Assembly (NCBI GenBank): GCA_019358915.1
Contig: JAHHIM010000036.1
Span: 160,001-224,000, forward strand
Reading direction: 5' to 3'
Length of the DNA stretch: 64,000 bases
From: Trichormus sp. ATA11-4-KO1
Lineage (GTDB): Bacteria > Cyanobacteriota > Cyanobacteriia > Cyanobacteriales > Nostocaceae
Part shown: in pieces, positions 41,319 through 51,298 of the stretch
Layout: each line of letters begins with the position of its first letter
Position numbering within the stretch: position 1 is the first letter of the stretch
Notes under the pieces: model-generated
What the model was told of the DNA's origin: nothing
The model's database searches: none
What the model saw: only the letters and a program-made list of their open reading frames with translations
Made by a program: the position numbers and the translations under genes

Positions 41319-41793
41319 AATCCTCTGCTCCGTTGATGAAGAATTTGGTGCTTGATTAGTCAAAGTTTTTTTTGAACTCCTGATATTGAAGTTACACTTA
41401 TATTAATAAATATTTCATAAGCTTGACTTCACCACCCAAAGGTACATCTAGTTATCTTGACATTCCTACCTTAGGTCTGTCGCCTGCGGAAGACTATCAT
41501 ACGTTGATGAGCATACTTCTCAGCACAGACCTTGAGTTTTTTGGTTACATAAGTGACAAATAATTAGGGAAATTTTATTTAATTTTTTTTATAAAATACT
41601 TCTAAAGACAGATGGATTTTAAGAATTATTAGCAAACAACAATCCAGCCGTCAGAACAAAAAACCTGATCATGACTGAGTAAGTTGAAATCGCTCTGGCA
41701 TAGGCTAAACAGGAAATTAAGTTAACCTAGTATGGAGAGTGCTGAGTGTTAAGTAAAACTTAGTTCAAACCCAAAATAGTAGCAATTAATTTA

Positions 41794-42741
41794 ATGGCCG
41801 CAATCCAGTTCCAAAATCAACCTCATTCACAGCGATCGCCAAAAAGTTCACCGCCACATTTAGGGCTGGTTTGTATCACCATTTCTCAACAAGTGCGCTT
41901 TCGGACAATGACGCGCACACGCTACTTGAAGTTTTCTCTCAGCCAACGTGAAAGCGCCCTGAAAGAACTGTATCGAGATAACTTACAGCGTCTAGATCAA
42001 GCCTTGACTTTTTGTCAGGAAAACAATACTAGGCTGTATCGCATGTCCTCTAATTTATTTCCCCTGAGTGACATGGAAGACGAAATCGGTGCCAACATCT
42101 TAGAAGAAATGAGCGCTGATTTAAGCAAAATCGGTCAAAAGGCGCAAGCATTGGCTATCAGAATGGTTCTACACCCAGATCAATATGTTGTACTGAGTTC
42201 TGATTCTCCCGAAATCGTGCAAACAAGCATCAAAATTTTAGAACGACACGCCCGCACCCTGGACTTACTGGGCTTACCGCGATCGCCTTGGTCATTAATG
42301 AATATTCATGGCGGCAAATCTCAACGCTCAGAACAGCTAATCAAAGTCATCTTAGAATTACCAGCAGCCATTAAAAATCGTTTAACCCTAGAAAACGACG
42401 AATACGCTTACAGTTCTGATGAAATTTTAGCAGTGTGTCAGCAAACCGGCATACCAATGGTATTCGATGCTCATCACCAAATTTGTCACGAAAATTTAGA
42501 TAGCTACGATCATCCAAGCGTAGCAGAAATGTTTTATGCAGCCAGAGAAACTTGGGAAAATCCAGATTGGCAACTAGTCCATATATCCAACGGTGAAACC
42601 GCCTTTAACGACAGAAAGCACAGTAATTTGATCATCGCCATGCCCAGTATCTACCACCAAGCCCCCTGGATAGAAATCGAAGCCAAACACAAAGAAGAAG
42701 CGATCGCTCATTTGCGCTCTTGGTGGCTTATGGGAAAATAA
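41794..42741 (+). CDS. uvsE: UV DNA damage repair endonuclease
   Basis: LGLVC, YRMSS, HPDQY, NIHGG, LENDE, DAHH and EAKHKE motifs. Confidence 0.93.
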   Translation: MAAIQFQNQPHSQRSPKSSPPHLGLVCITISQQVRFRTMTRTRYLKFSLSQRESALKELYRDNLQRLDQALTFCQENNTRLYRMSSNLFPLSDMEDEIGANILEEMSADLSKIGQKAQALAIRMVLHPDQYVVLSSDSPEIVQTSIKILERHARTLDLLGLPRSPWSLMNIHGGKSQRSEQLIKVILELPAAIKNRLTLENDEYAYSSDEILAVCQQTGIPMVFDAHHQICHENLDSYDHPSVAEMFYAARETWENPDWQLVHISNGETAFNDRKHSNLIIAMPSIYHQAPWIEIEAKHKEEAIAHLRSWWLMGK

Positions 42742-42789
42742 TTGCATTGAACTTTGCGCCTTTGCGCCTTTGCGTGAGATAAAAAAGAT

Positions 42790-44385
42790 ATGGCGATTGC
42801 GATCGATTTTGGTACTAGTAACACGGTTATTGCTCGTTGGAATCCCATAACCCAGCAGCCGGAAACCTTGAACATACCTGGTTTATCAATTCAGCAAAGT
42901 CTCAATCCCCCACTGATTCCCAGCCTTGTTTATATAGAAGAAGCCACACAAGGTAAAGTCTTAGTAGGGCAACAAGTGCGCGATCGCGGTCTTGACATCA
43001 AAGGCGAAGCGCGATTTTTTCGCAGCTTCAAACGAGGTATTGGTGCAGATATCCCAGGTTTCTTACCAGAAATAGACGGGCAAGTTTTCACCTTTGAGCA
43101 AGTAGGGCAATTGTTCCTCACTCAAGTAATTGAGCAACTTGCACCCATGCAAGGAGGTTTAGATTCTCTCATCTTAACAGTACCCGTAGATAGCTTTGAA
43201 GCTTATCGTCACTGGTTAGGCAAAGTCTGTCAAGCCCTCCCTGTGGAAAAAGTACGGATGCTAGATGAACCCACAGCCGCCGCTTTAGGTTATGGTTTAG
43301 CAGACCAAGAAATTCTCTTGGTAATTGACTTTGGCGGCGGTACTTTAGATTTATCCCTCGTGCGCTTGGATCAAAGCGTACAAACCACCAAGCCTGTAGG
43401 TTTTCTCCTCAAATGGGGAAATAAATCCCTGGCGGAAAACTCCCAGCAAAAACCAAAAATAGCCCGTGTACTAGCCAAAGCCGGGCAAAATTTAGGCGGT
43501 ACCGATATTGATAATTGGTTAGCAGATTACTTTGCCAAAACTCAAGGACTAGCGGTAAGTCCCTTGACTATCAGATTAGCAGAACGAGTAAAAATTCAGT
43601 TATCGACTCAAAACCAAGCTAGTGAAGTTTATTTTGACGATGAAAACTTTGAAAGCTATGAACTGGAACTCAACCGCGAAGCTTTAGAAAATATCCTCAA
43701 AGAACACGGATTTTTTGCACAACTAGATGAGTCAATGACGAGTCTATTACAGCAAGCGCGACGCCAGGGAATAGAACTTGCAGACATCAACGCCGTTTTA
43801 TTAGTTGGTGGAACTGTGCAATTACCCGCAGTGCAAACATGGGTGAAGCAGTATTTTGAGCCAGAAAAAATCCGTTGTGAACGTCCCTTTGAAGCGATCG
43901 CCCAAGGTGCATTACAGTTAGCCCAAGGCGTGGAAATCAAAGATTTTCTCTACCATAGTTATGGTGTCCGCTATTGGGATCGTCGCAACCAGCGCCACAG
44001 TTGGCATTCCATTATTAAAGCCGGACAAGCCTACCCCATGACTCAGCCAGTGGAATTAGTCTTAGGTGCATCTTTAGAAAATCAACCCAGCATTGAATTA
44101 ATTATGGGGGAATTGGGAGCAGAAACAGGCAGCACCGAAGTTTATTTTGATGGCGATCGCTTGATTACTCGTCGTCTAGAAGCAGGTACAACCAGCGTTA
44201 AACCCCTCAACGATCAAGCAGGTGCAAGAACTATAGCTCAACTGACACCACCAGGATATCCCGGAAGCGATCGCATTAAAATTCTTTTTCAAGTTGATGA
44301 CCAGCGTTTTTTGCGAATCACCGTTGAGGACTTGTTGACTAATGACACGCTTTTAGAAAATCGACTTGTAGCACAGTTGAGTTAG
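42790..44385 (+). CDS. Hsp70 family protein (atypical DnaK-like)
   Basis: AIDFGTSNT, DEPTAAA, DFGGGTLD and LVGG motifs. Confidence 0.92.
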   Translation: MAIAIDFGTSNTVIARWNPITQQPETLNIPGLSIQQSLNPPLIPSLVYIEEATQGKVLVGQQVRDRGLDIKGEARFFRSFKRGIGADIPGFLPEIDGQVFTFEQVGQLFLTQVIEQLAPMQGGLDSLILTVPVDSFEAYRHWLGKVCQALPVEKVRMLDEPTAAALGYGLADQEILLVIDFGGGTLDLSLVRLDQSVQTTKPVGFLLKWGNKSLAENSQQKPKIARVLAKAGQNLGGTDIDNWLADYFAKTQGLAVSPLTIRLAERVKIQLSTQNQASEVYFDDENFESYELELNREALENILKEHGFFAQLDESMTSLLQQARRQGIELADINAVLLVGGTVQLPAVQTWVKQYFEPEKIRCERPFEAIAQGALQLAQGVEIKDFLYHSYGVRYWDRRNQRHSWHSIIKAGQAYPMTQPVELVLGASLENQPSIELIMGELGAETGSTEVYFDGDRLITRRLEAGTTSVKPLNDQAGARTIAQLTPPGYPGSDRIKILFQVDDQRFLRITVEDLLTNDTLLENRLVAQLS

Positions 44386-44406
44386 ATCAGAGACTGGGGA
44401 CTGGGG

Positions 44407-44579
44407 CAGGGCTGATTCGTTCCCTAAAAGGGTTAAAATTGCAAGGGCAAATCCACAATTAAGACCGAAAATTTTGGCATCTTCAGTCCGAAATACCTGA
44501 TTTTTCTTTGCGTCTTTGCGCCTTTGCGTGAGATTATCCTCTTGACAAATCTCCAACACAAGCGAATGAAACAGCCCTG
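44407..44579. mobile_element. 173-bp MITE, copy 1
   Basis: TIRs CAGGGCTGATTCGTTC / GAATGAAACAGCCCTG; exact 10-bp flanking duplication GGGACTGGGG; near-identical to 60296-60468. Confidence 0.92.
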
Positions 44580-44630
44580 GGGACTGGGGTGGAGTTTATT
44601 CATAATGACCAACGACCAAAGGTAAAGGTT

Positions 44631-44831
44631 ATGTTAACACTTGAACAAATTGAAGCCGCTATCCTCAAACTCCCACCTGATAAATTTCAAATACTGATGG
44701 AATGGTTTTTGAACTTAGATTATCAGCGATGGGACGAACAATTAGAGAAAGATATTGCTGACGGTAAGTTAGATGCTCTTGCTCAAGAGGCTATCTCCGA
44801 TTTTGAAGTAGGTAACTATCGAGCAATTTAA
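44631..44831 (+). CDS. Small putative antitoxin-like protein
   Basis: MLTLEQIEAAILKLP...WDEQLEKDIADGKLDALA.EA; its stop overlaps the start of a toxin-like stub (TAATG). Confidence 0.7.
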   Translation: MLTLEQIEAAILKLPPDKFQILMEWFLNLDYQRWDEQLEKDIADGKLDALAQEAISDFEVGNYRAI

Positions 44832-44881
44832 TGCACTACACAACTCGCCGATTTTGGGAGTGTTATGGTTCAGTTACTTAG
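44831..44881 (+). pseudogene. Truncated RelE/ParE-like toxin remnant (16 aa)
   Basis: MHYTTRRFWECY... is translationally coupled to the upstream small gene and then stops. Confidence 0.55.
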
Positions 44882-44928
44882 AGATAGAAATTATAACTAA
44901 TTAGGCCGATATAAGAGGCGTTTCTAAT

Positions 44929-45828
44929 TCACATCAGGGTATTCAAAACCCCCTGATCTGCGTCTAATGTTGCCAATACACCAACTGGTAAAGCTGCATT
45001 AGGATTGCCATGACCAAAGGGTAAAGCGGAAACAATGGGAATGCCTAAATCACCCAAGCGATCGCGTAGTACTTCTGCAACACTAAAACTAGGTACATTT
45101 GGCGGTGGTTCGCAATGAGTAAAGCTACCCAAGGCAATACCACGAACTTTTGACAAAACGCCACTTAAACGCCACTGCGTTAACATTCGGTCAATTCGAT
45201 AGGGTGCTTCTGTAACATCTTCCCAGGCCAAAATTACATTATCTAAATTTGGTTGGATGGATGTAGCTAAAATATGAGTAGTCACCGTGAGATTACCTGG
45301 TAGTAACAGACCAGTAGCCATCCCACCGCCCCAACCACAACCTTTGAGAGGAGCGAGAGGGCGGCCTTCTACAAAATCGAATAATCGCTGAATTGACCAA
45401 TCTGTTTCCTCTGCTAAAGTAGTCAGCACAGGAGCATGAACGCTGGCAATCCCTGCTTTATAAAGACTCCACAACAAAGCAGTAATATCAGAAAACCCAA
45501 TTAGCCATTTTGGTGGGACAGAATTGGTGTGCCAAGTCCAATTTTCTAAAATGCGGGTGCTACCAAAACCACCCCTGGCACAGAGGATACCACGACAATC
45601 TGGATCTTCCCAGGCTGCGGCTAACTGTTGGCGACGATTTTCATCTTTTTCAGCTAAATATCCCCATTTCTCACCTACCTTGGGCATGACTTCTACTCGA
45701 TAACCACGCGATCGCCAAATTTCCACACTCCGTCCAAATGCCTCAAATTCTCGCAAAGCACCACTAGGGGCAATTACTCGGAGTAAGTCACCAGGTTGGA
45801 GGGGTGGGGGTAATATTTTGGATTTCAT
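44929..45828 (-). CDS. ldcA: LD-carboxypeptidase (peptidase S66)
   Basis: ARGGFG, GFSDITAL, GNL, WEDVTE and FGHG motifs. Confidence 0.92.
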   Translation of the reverse strand: MKSKILPPPLQPGDLLRVIAPSGALREFEAFGRSVEIWRSRGYRVEVMPKVGEKWGYLAEKDENRRQQLAAAWEDPDCRGILCARGGFGSTRILENWTWHTNSVPPKWLIGFSDITALLWSLYKAGIASVHAPVLTTLAEETDWSIQRLFDFVEGRPLAPLKGCGWGGGMATGLLLPGNLTVTTHILATSIQPNLDNVILAWEDVTEAPYRIDRMLTQWRLSGVLSKVRGIALGSFTHCEPPPNVPSFSVAEVLRDRLGDLGIPIVSALPFGHGNPNAALPVGVLATLDADQGVLNTLM

Positions 45829-46014
45829 GAATAATTTACTAGTAGTAAAAATTACAGATAGGCAAAAAGTGAGGAGTTAGCAATAAAAACCATAACTCAT
45901 ACTCACAACTTTACCCAATATGTAGATTTGTAAACTGATTTTGGGAATACTAAATATGGCAATATTGCTAGTTTTAACGTGAGTTCGACAACAAAAACCC
46001 CTCTCCTGCAAGGA

Positions 46015-46060
46015 GGAGCCACTGCGTTGCGCGGGTTCCCCCCGTTGTAGCAAGTGGCGT
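46015..46060. repeat. Small dispersed hairpin repeat
   Basis: GGAGCCACTGCGTTGCGCGGGTTCCCCCCGTTGTAGCAAGTGGCGT; homologous to the outer element at 54179-54319. Confidence 0.7.
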
Positions 46061-46185
46061 TAGAGGCTTTGAAACCCACGAGACTTCCAGTCGCCGGGTG
46101 CAAAACATCAATAAACAACCATTTTGGTGGTTGTTTGGGGCGAGTAGCAGAATAAATATTACCTGAAAGGCAAAGGATTGAGATT

Positions 46186-47547
46186 ATGCTGGCTATACAT
46201 AGCATGACAAATGCTCATGAGCTAAATCTGCGATTAGAGTCAACTTTGCAAGATTTACCAGTGTGGAAGGTTCAGATTGAGCTAGATCGCCCAGTAAATG
46301 AATTGACTACACTTTTTGAGCAAGAGCCTTTACTCCCAGGAATTCTCTTAAATAGAGATAATCATTATGTAGGGATGATGTCGCGGCAGAGATTTTTTGA
46401 GCATATGAGTCGCCCTTACAGTTTTGGACTGTTTTCTCAGCGACCGATCCAACATCTCTATAATTTCCTTGATCCAGAAATATTTATCCTGCCTGGGGAT
46501 ATACCCATTGTAGAAGCAACTCAGATGGCATTGGCGCGATCGCCCCAACTTGTCTACAGTCCGATTGTTGTGACTGCTCAATCTGAAACGCCTGGATTAG
46601 TCGATTTTCATCAGTTACTATTAGCCTACTCCCAAATTTATGCTTTAACACTGACTCAACTACAGCATGTAGAGGAACAATCCAAAGTAGCTAAGGCAGG
46701 TTTTCGTGATCTTCAGCACAACTATAGCCGATTATTACAAAATGAAAAAATGGCAGCTTTGGGTCAGTTAGTTGCCGGTATTGCCCACGAAATCAACAAT
46801 CCTGTTAATTTTATTGCTGGTAACCTTGTCCATGCTATCAACTACAGTCAAGACCTCCTCAAACTCATCAGTCTGTACAGACAGCATGATCCTCATCCAG
46901 CAGCAGAAATTCAAAGTGTATCTACGGAAATTGAACTAGAATTTTTAACAACTGATCTGCCTCGTCTGCTTAATTCTATGCAAATTGGCTGCGATCGCAT
47001 TGAGCAAATCGTGCGATCGTTACGAAATTTCTCCCGCCTTGATGAAGCTGAGAAAAAAACAGTTGATATCCATGAAGGTATTGATAGTACCTTGCTAATT
47101 TTACAAAGTCGCTTCAAAAATCACAAAACTAGTGAGAACATTAGCCTGGTCAAGGAATACGGAACTCTTCCTTTGGTAGAATGCTATCCTGGGTTACTCA
47201 ATCAGGTATTTATGAATATCCTGAGTAATGCCATAGATGCTTTAGAAGAATCAATAGCCAATGGTAAAAAAACGGACAATCCAGCGATTGAGATTCGTAC
47301 TCAAGTTATTGGCAGGAATTGGATAGCAATTCATATTAGCGATAATGGCCCAGGCATTCCAGAGAACATAAAAAAGCGATTATTTGATCCATTTTTTACG
47401 ACTAAACCCGTGGGTAAAGGAACTGGCTTAGGACTATCCATCAGTTATCAAATTGTGGTTGAAAAACATGGTGGACAGCTACATTGCATATCTAGTCTGG
47501 GTCAGGGAACGGAGTTCATTATTAAAATCCCAGTTACAAAGGAATAG
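46186..47547 (+). CDS. Soluble sensor histidine kinase with N-terminal CBS-like region
   Basis: AGIAHEINNP, NILSNAIDA and DPFFTTKPVGKGTGLGL motifs. Confidence 0.9.
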   Translation: MLAIHSMTNAHELNLRLESTLQDLPVWKVQIELDRPVNELTTLFEQEPLLPGILLNRDNHYVGMMSRQRFFEHMSRPYSFGLFSQRPIQHLYNFLDPEIFILPGDIPIVEATQMALARSPQLVYSPIVVTAQSETPGLVDFHQLLLAYSQIYALTLTQLQHVEEQSKVAKAGFRDLQHNYSRLLQNEKMAALGQLVAGIAHEINNPVNFIAGNLVHAINYSQDLLKLISLYRQHDPHPAAEIQSVSTEIELEFLTTDLPRLLNSMQIGCDRIEQIVRSLRNFSRLDEAEKKTVDIHEGIDSTLLILQSRFKNHKTSENISLVKEYGTLPLVECYPGLLNQVFMNILSNAIDALEESIANGKKTDNPAIEIRTQVIGRNWIAIHISDNGPGIPENIKKRLFDPFFTTKPVGKGTGLGLSISYQIVVEKHGGQLHCISSLGQGTEFIIKIPVTKE

Positions 47548-47748
47548 GGCATTGGGAGTAGGAAATTTCAAGCTTTTCAATTGCCAATGCTTGACACGCA
47601 GTTCCTGATTACGAATTATAAATTGGTATAAAATACTCTTTAAGTTCGTAGTGAGTGCTTTAGCGCTCAAAATCAACGTTTTCCAGGTTAAAGCCACTTA
47701 ACTACATATTGCTCTTTATATGTATATCTACTACCTAGTGAAAATCTT

Positions 47749-48204
47749 ATGATTAAAGCATTGCAAATCAGTATGCTGCTAGTTGCAGTTTGGGGAAACT
47801 TGGCATGGTCATCTAGCGCTAGGGCAAATTTCCGGGGTAACCTCACCGTAGACATTGATGGATTCAAAAACCCACAAGGACAAGTTTGTGTCAGTGTATT
47901 TTCTAGCAGTCAAGGTTTTCCCAATGATCGCGATCGCGTATTAAAAAGGCAGTGTACCCAGATTACTGATAAATCTTTGCAAATGACCTTTGATAATTTG
48001 CAAGCTGGTAATTACGCCGTCGCCGTCATCCACGACCAGAATAAAGACCAAATCCTCAATCGTAATAACCTAGGTATGCCCACCGAAGGTTTTGGATTTT
48101 CCAGAAATCCAGAAGTTCGTACCAGTCCTCCCAAGTTCAGCGATGCCGCTTTTTTGTTGGCAGGGCCAAATACAGTCATTAAAATCCAGTTGAAATACTT
48201 ATAA
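47749..48204 (+). CDS. DUF2141 family exported protein
   Basis: Signal peptide; GNYAVAVIHDQN..GMPTEGFGFSRNP. Confidence 0.88.
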   Translation: MIKALQISMLLVAVWGNLAWSSSARANFRGNLTVDIDGFKNPQGQVCVSVFSSSQGFPNDRDRVLKRQCTQITDKSLQMTFDNLQAGNYAVAVIHDQNKDQILNRNNLGMPTEGFGFSRNPEVRTSPPKFSDAAFLLAGPNTVIKIQLKYL

Positions 48205-49380
48205 ATTTTCTTGTTCTGGCTCTTTTTCAGTATCTTCCGGGAGACTTTTTCGAGTGGGTAAACTACGCATTCTATTCATCTGAGTTAGAGCATATTTTGC
48301 TGTTGTCTGCACGTCAGCATCAGGATCATCTAGGGCGTGGGACAACATCTGGCTCATTTGCGTCATCATGTCATAAACACGAGTCAGATCACGAATGGCG
48401 TTTTGTCGCACTTGTGGACTTTCATCTTGCAACGAGATTGCCAAAGCCCGATTCATTGGCTTGAGTGAGCGGGCGTTAATCTCTGCCAAAGCTGCCAAAA
48501 TTAGACTGCGTTGTTGAGAATCAGCATCAATCATCAAGTCTACCAATGGCTGAATTGCCCGTGAGTCTCCCTGCTGACCCAAATCCCAAATAGCCTTACG
48601 CCGCTTTGTTGGATCAGTACTGCGTAAGTCCTGAATCAATTCGTCAACGATATTCAGTTTGGGCAGACGAGAAGTATGATCTGGTGGCAATACTGAAGCA
48701 GTAATTGATGTTTGTGCTGTTTTTGGATTGGTTACAGATGCTGTATTTTCCTGCGGATTGGATAAAGTGTCTAATTCTAATGGCGGCTTAATCTGGTCTT
48801 TGTCAGCCGGACTCAACGCTTTGAGTTCTGGGTTTGTGGATTCTGGGTCTTGTGGAATCTGACGATACCATCTCAATAGAAACAGGAATGCGCCAATACT
48901 TCCCAGAATTCCCAGACCAAGCAGTGACCACCAAATTAAACCTCTCTGGTTTGACTCAGGCTGGGCAGTTGGTTGAGTATCTGAAGTTAAAGAGGAGACG
49001 TTAGGAGAGATGACAACCTGATTTTTTGCTGCCCAAGCTGTTTGCAGATTGCGCCTAGTCGCCAAATCAGCAATACCATCTATTCTTCTTAAATTTTGGG
49101 CTTTTTGAAATTTAACTACCGCAATTTGCGTACTTGTGGCGTACACTCCATCAACTACATCATCGTAGTATCCTAATGCCTGTAATTGGGTTTGCAGTCC
49201 CTTGACATCCGCCCCTTGACTACCGGGTCTGAGAACAGACTGGATGGCAGGCATTGTCGAACTGGCTTGTGCAAGTTCTTGAGATGCTGGGTTAGGTGTG
49301 GCTGTACTTGCGCGAATCGGGTAAAAACCCCAGCAAGTCAAACAGGTAAATATCAGAATTGAGGAATGGCATAGCCTCAT
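48199..49380 (-). CDS. Peptidoglycan-binding domain, TM helix and HEAT-repeat protein
   Basis: LRPGSQGADV..LQ..L..LGYY...DG....T..AV..FQ; TM helix; HEAT repeats. Confidence 0.88.
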   Translation of the reverse strand: MRLCHSSILIFTCLTCWGFYPIRASTATPNPASQELAQASSTMPAIQSVLRPGSQGADVKGLQTQLQALGYYDDVVDGVYATSTQIAVVKFQKAQNLRRIDGIADLATRRNLQTAWAAKNQVVISPNVSSLTSDTQPTAQPESNQRGLIWWSLLGLGILGSIGAFLFLLRWYRQIPQDPESTNPELKALSPADKDQIKPPLELDTLSNPQENTASVTNPKTAQTSITASVLPPDHTSRLPKLNIVDELIQDLRSTDPTKRRKAIWDLGQQGDSRAIQPLVDLMIDADSQQRSLILAALAEINARSLKPMNRALAISLQDESPQVRQNAIRDLTRVYDMMTQMSQMLSHALDDPDADVQTTAKYALTQMNRMRSLPTRKSLPEDTEKEPEQENL

Positions 49381-49615
49381 ATTTTCAGTTTCAGCCTGAA
49401 CGTGCTTTTGAAGTTATGGATACCACAATAACTTCAATATGTCTAAATGTTAACTTTTAAAGTAGCAAAAAAATCATCAGACTTTCTAATTAGGGGATGA
49501 ATAATTGCATTTTTTGAGATTTACCTCTTACTTGCTTGATATAGCTAGTGCAAAATCTCCAGCCCAGATTTTTTTTACCTGCAAGATGAGAGGATTTTAC
49601 CATACTCAGCACTCT

Positions 49616-50632
49616 TTATTTGTTAGCAGATGCTTCTAAAACTGGTGGTTGCTGTGTAGTTGTTTCTTGAACACTTACCTTGTTACTTGGCCCCGCCAAG
49701 GTGTCACGCTGGTTAATGAGATAGATACTAATTAAAGTCAGGCCAACTCCCACCCACTGCAAGGGACTGAGAACTTCTGAAAGGAAAAGATTACCGAAGA
49801 ATAGGGCAAAAATGGGTGTGAGAAACGTCAGGGAACTGAGACTAGTAAGACTACCACTAGACGCAAAGTAGAAAAACAACCCATAGGCGATCGCACTACC
49901 AAACACTGTGGCATAACCTAAAGCCAACCACTCAGATGTCACAATATTTGACCATTGCTGAGACTCCACAATTGATGAAATGCCCCACAACGGTAATCCA
50001 CCCACAATCATGTGCCATCCCGTAGCGGTTACCGGATCAGCATACCTACACACAAACCGGATCATTACTGTTCCTACAGCCATTGATAGGGCAGCTAACA
50101 GCATTAACCATTCGCCACTAGCCAACAAATCTTGCCAATTGCCCATGGTGGCATTTATCCCTGAATCGAAAATACGGAAAATCAACTCATCTGGCAAGCC
50201 AATTAAACTAATACCCGTGACTCCTAGTGCTAATCCCAGCCATCCCCAAAAACCAATATGTTCTTGGAATAACCACAACGACAGCAACGCCACAGCTAAC
50301 GGTTGGGAATCAATCATCACAGAACCCAACCCAGCACCAGTTCTGACTAATCCCTCTGCTAAAAAGCCCTGAAATAAAGCCCCATCTACCAAGGCAAATA
50401 AAGTAATCCACAGCCATGCAGCCCAACCCTGCGGCTGGGGTCTACCCATAAACGCTGCGACGATGAGAACTAACACCCCAGCTGGTAGTAAACGCACACC
50501 TGCCATAAATAAGGGTGTAGTGTGGGGTATCACTCCTTTCATCGCTACCATTGCCGTTCCCCACAGGAAAAAGGGGGCAATTAATAGTAGGGGGGTGAAG
50601 GAAAGTCGAAATGCACTGAGTTTCAGTTGCAT
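49616..50632 (-). CDS. DMT/EamA family transporter
   Basis: PFFLWGTAMVAMK; about 10 TM segments; LTFLTPIFA. Confidence 0.92.
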   Translation of the reverse strand: MQLKLSAFRLSFTPLLLIAPFFLWGTAMVAMKGVIPHTTPLFMAGVRLLPAGVLVLIVAAFMGRPQPQGWAAWLWITLFALVDGALFQGFLAEGLVRTGAGLGSVMIDSQPLAVALLSLWLFQEHIGFWGWLGLALGVTGISLIGLPDELIFRIFDSGINATMGNWQDLLASGEWLMLLAALSMAVGTVMIRFVCRYADPVTATGWHMIVGGLPLWGISSIVESQQWSNIVTSEWLALGYATVFGSAIAYGLFFYFASSGSLTSLSSLTFLTPIFALFFGNLFLSEVLSPLQWVGVGLTLISIYLINQRDTLAGPSNKVSVQETTTQQPPVLEASANK

Positions 50633-50790
50633 GGGTTTGCTGATGCCTTTGTTTAACAAATGCCAAAATTGCTTTACCCAATTTTACCGAATTATGTCGT
50701 TTTGTGAAGGAGAAAATACTTAATGGTAGTAGAAATTACAACTTATGTAAAGACCTACGTAAATACACTTAATTTATGATCAGATTTTCC

Positions 50791-50894
50791 GGCGTTGCAT
50801 ATTTGCGGGATGATTTTACTAGTTTTGTGCGATGGGCAGCGTTCGACTGAGCGCTGCCCACCCTAAGAGCATCATTTCTTGATTCAGCAACGCC
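50791..50894. mobile_element. Short MITE-like element
   Basis: Terminal inverted repeats GGCGTTGC.. / ..GCAACGCC around GGGCAGCG...CGCTGCCC. Confidence 0.55.
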
Positions 50895-50921
50895 AATTTT
50901 ACTCCTACCCATCGCCTGGAT

Positions 50922-51263
50922 CTAGAGTGCAGATTGAATCATTTCTGCGTATTGTTTTTTAGGCTTCAAGCCCGCAATCTGTGCTAATGTTTGCTGCTGT
51001 TTCAGTAATACTACTGTAGGGGCACTTCTGACACCAAAATTAATAGCTAGTTCAGGTTCTTCGCTCATATCGAGTTCAACCAAGTGCAATTTACCTGTGT
51101 GAGCATCAGCTATTTGATGTAGTACAGGTTGAAGTGTTTCACAGGAAGGACAGTAGGGAGCCACAAACTTGACAATGATTAGCTGATCAGACTCTTGCAT
51201 CAACCATTCAAAAGCTGCTCGTCCTGTAAAGAAAGTTTGAGCCAGAGAAAAAGTCTCTTGCAT
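50922..51263 (-). CDS. Cytoplasmic thioredoxin (YCPSC), resembling the Trx module of NTRC
   Basis: ESDQLIIVKFVAPYCPSC..L.P.L, SAPTV; strong SD CAGGAG before the ATG at 51263. Confidence 0.88.
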   Translation of the reverse strand: MQETFSLAQTFFTGRAAFEWLMQESDQLIIVKFVAPYCPSCETLQPVLHQIADAHTGKLHLVELDMSEEPELAINFGVRSAPTVVLLKQQQTLAQIAGLKPKKQYAEMIQSAL

Positions 51264-51298
51264 ATTTATCTCCTGATAATTGTGATAAAAAACCCTGT

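Noticed and set aside
44353..44559. Duplicated 68/73-aa ORFs (also 60227-60448) starting MLEICQEDN
   Set aside because: They are chance frames across the two MITE copies and show no transposase motifs.
46080..46185. Possible riboswitch upstream of the soluble kinase
   Set aside because: Only a simple hairpin (AAACAACCA...TGGTTGTTT) next to dispersed repeats; no recognisable aptamer consensus.
50726..50739. GTA-N8-TAC NtcA-like site (another at 45842-45855)
   Set aside because: I found no -10 box at the canonical distance for the 50726 site, and the short motif is expected by chance in AT-rich DNA.
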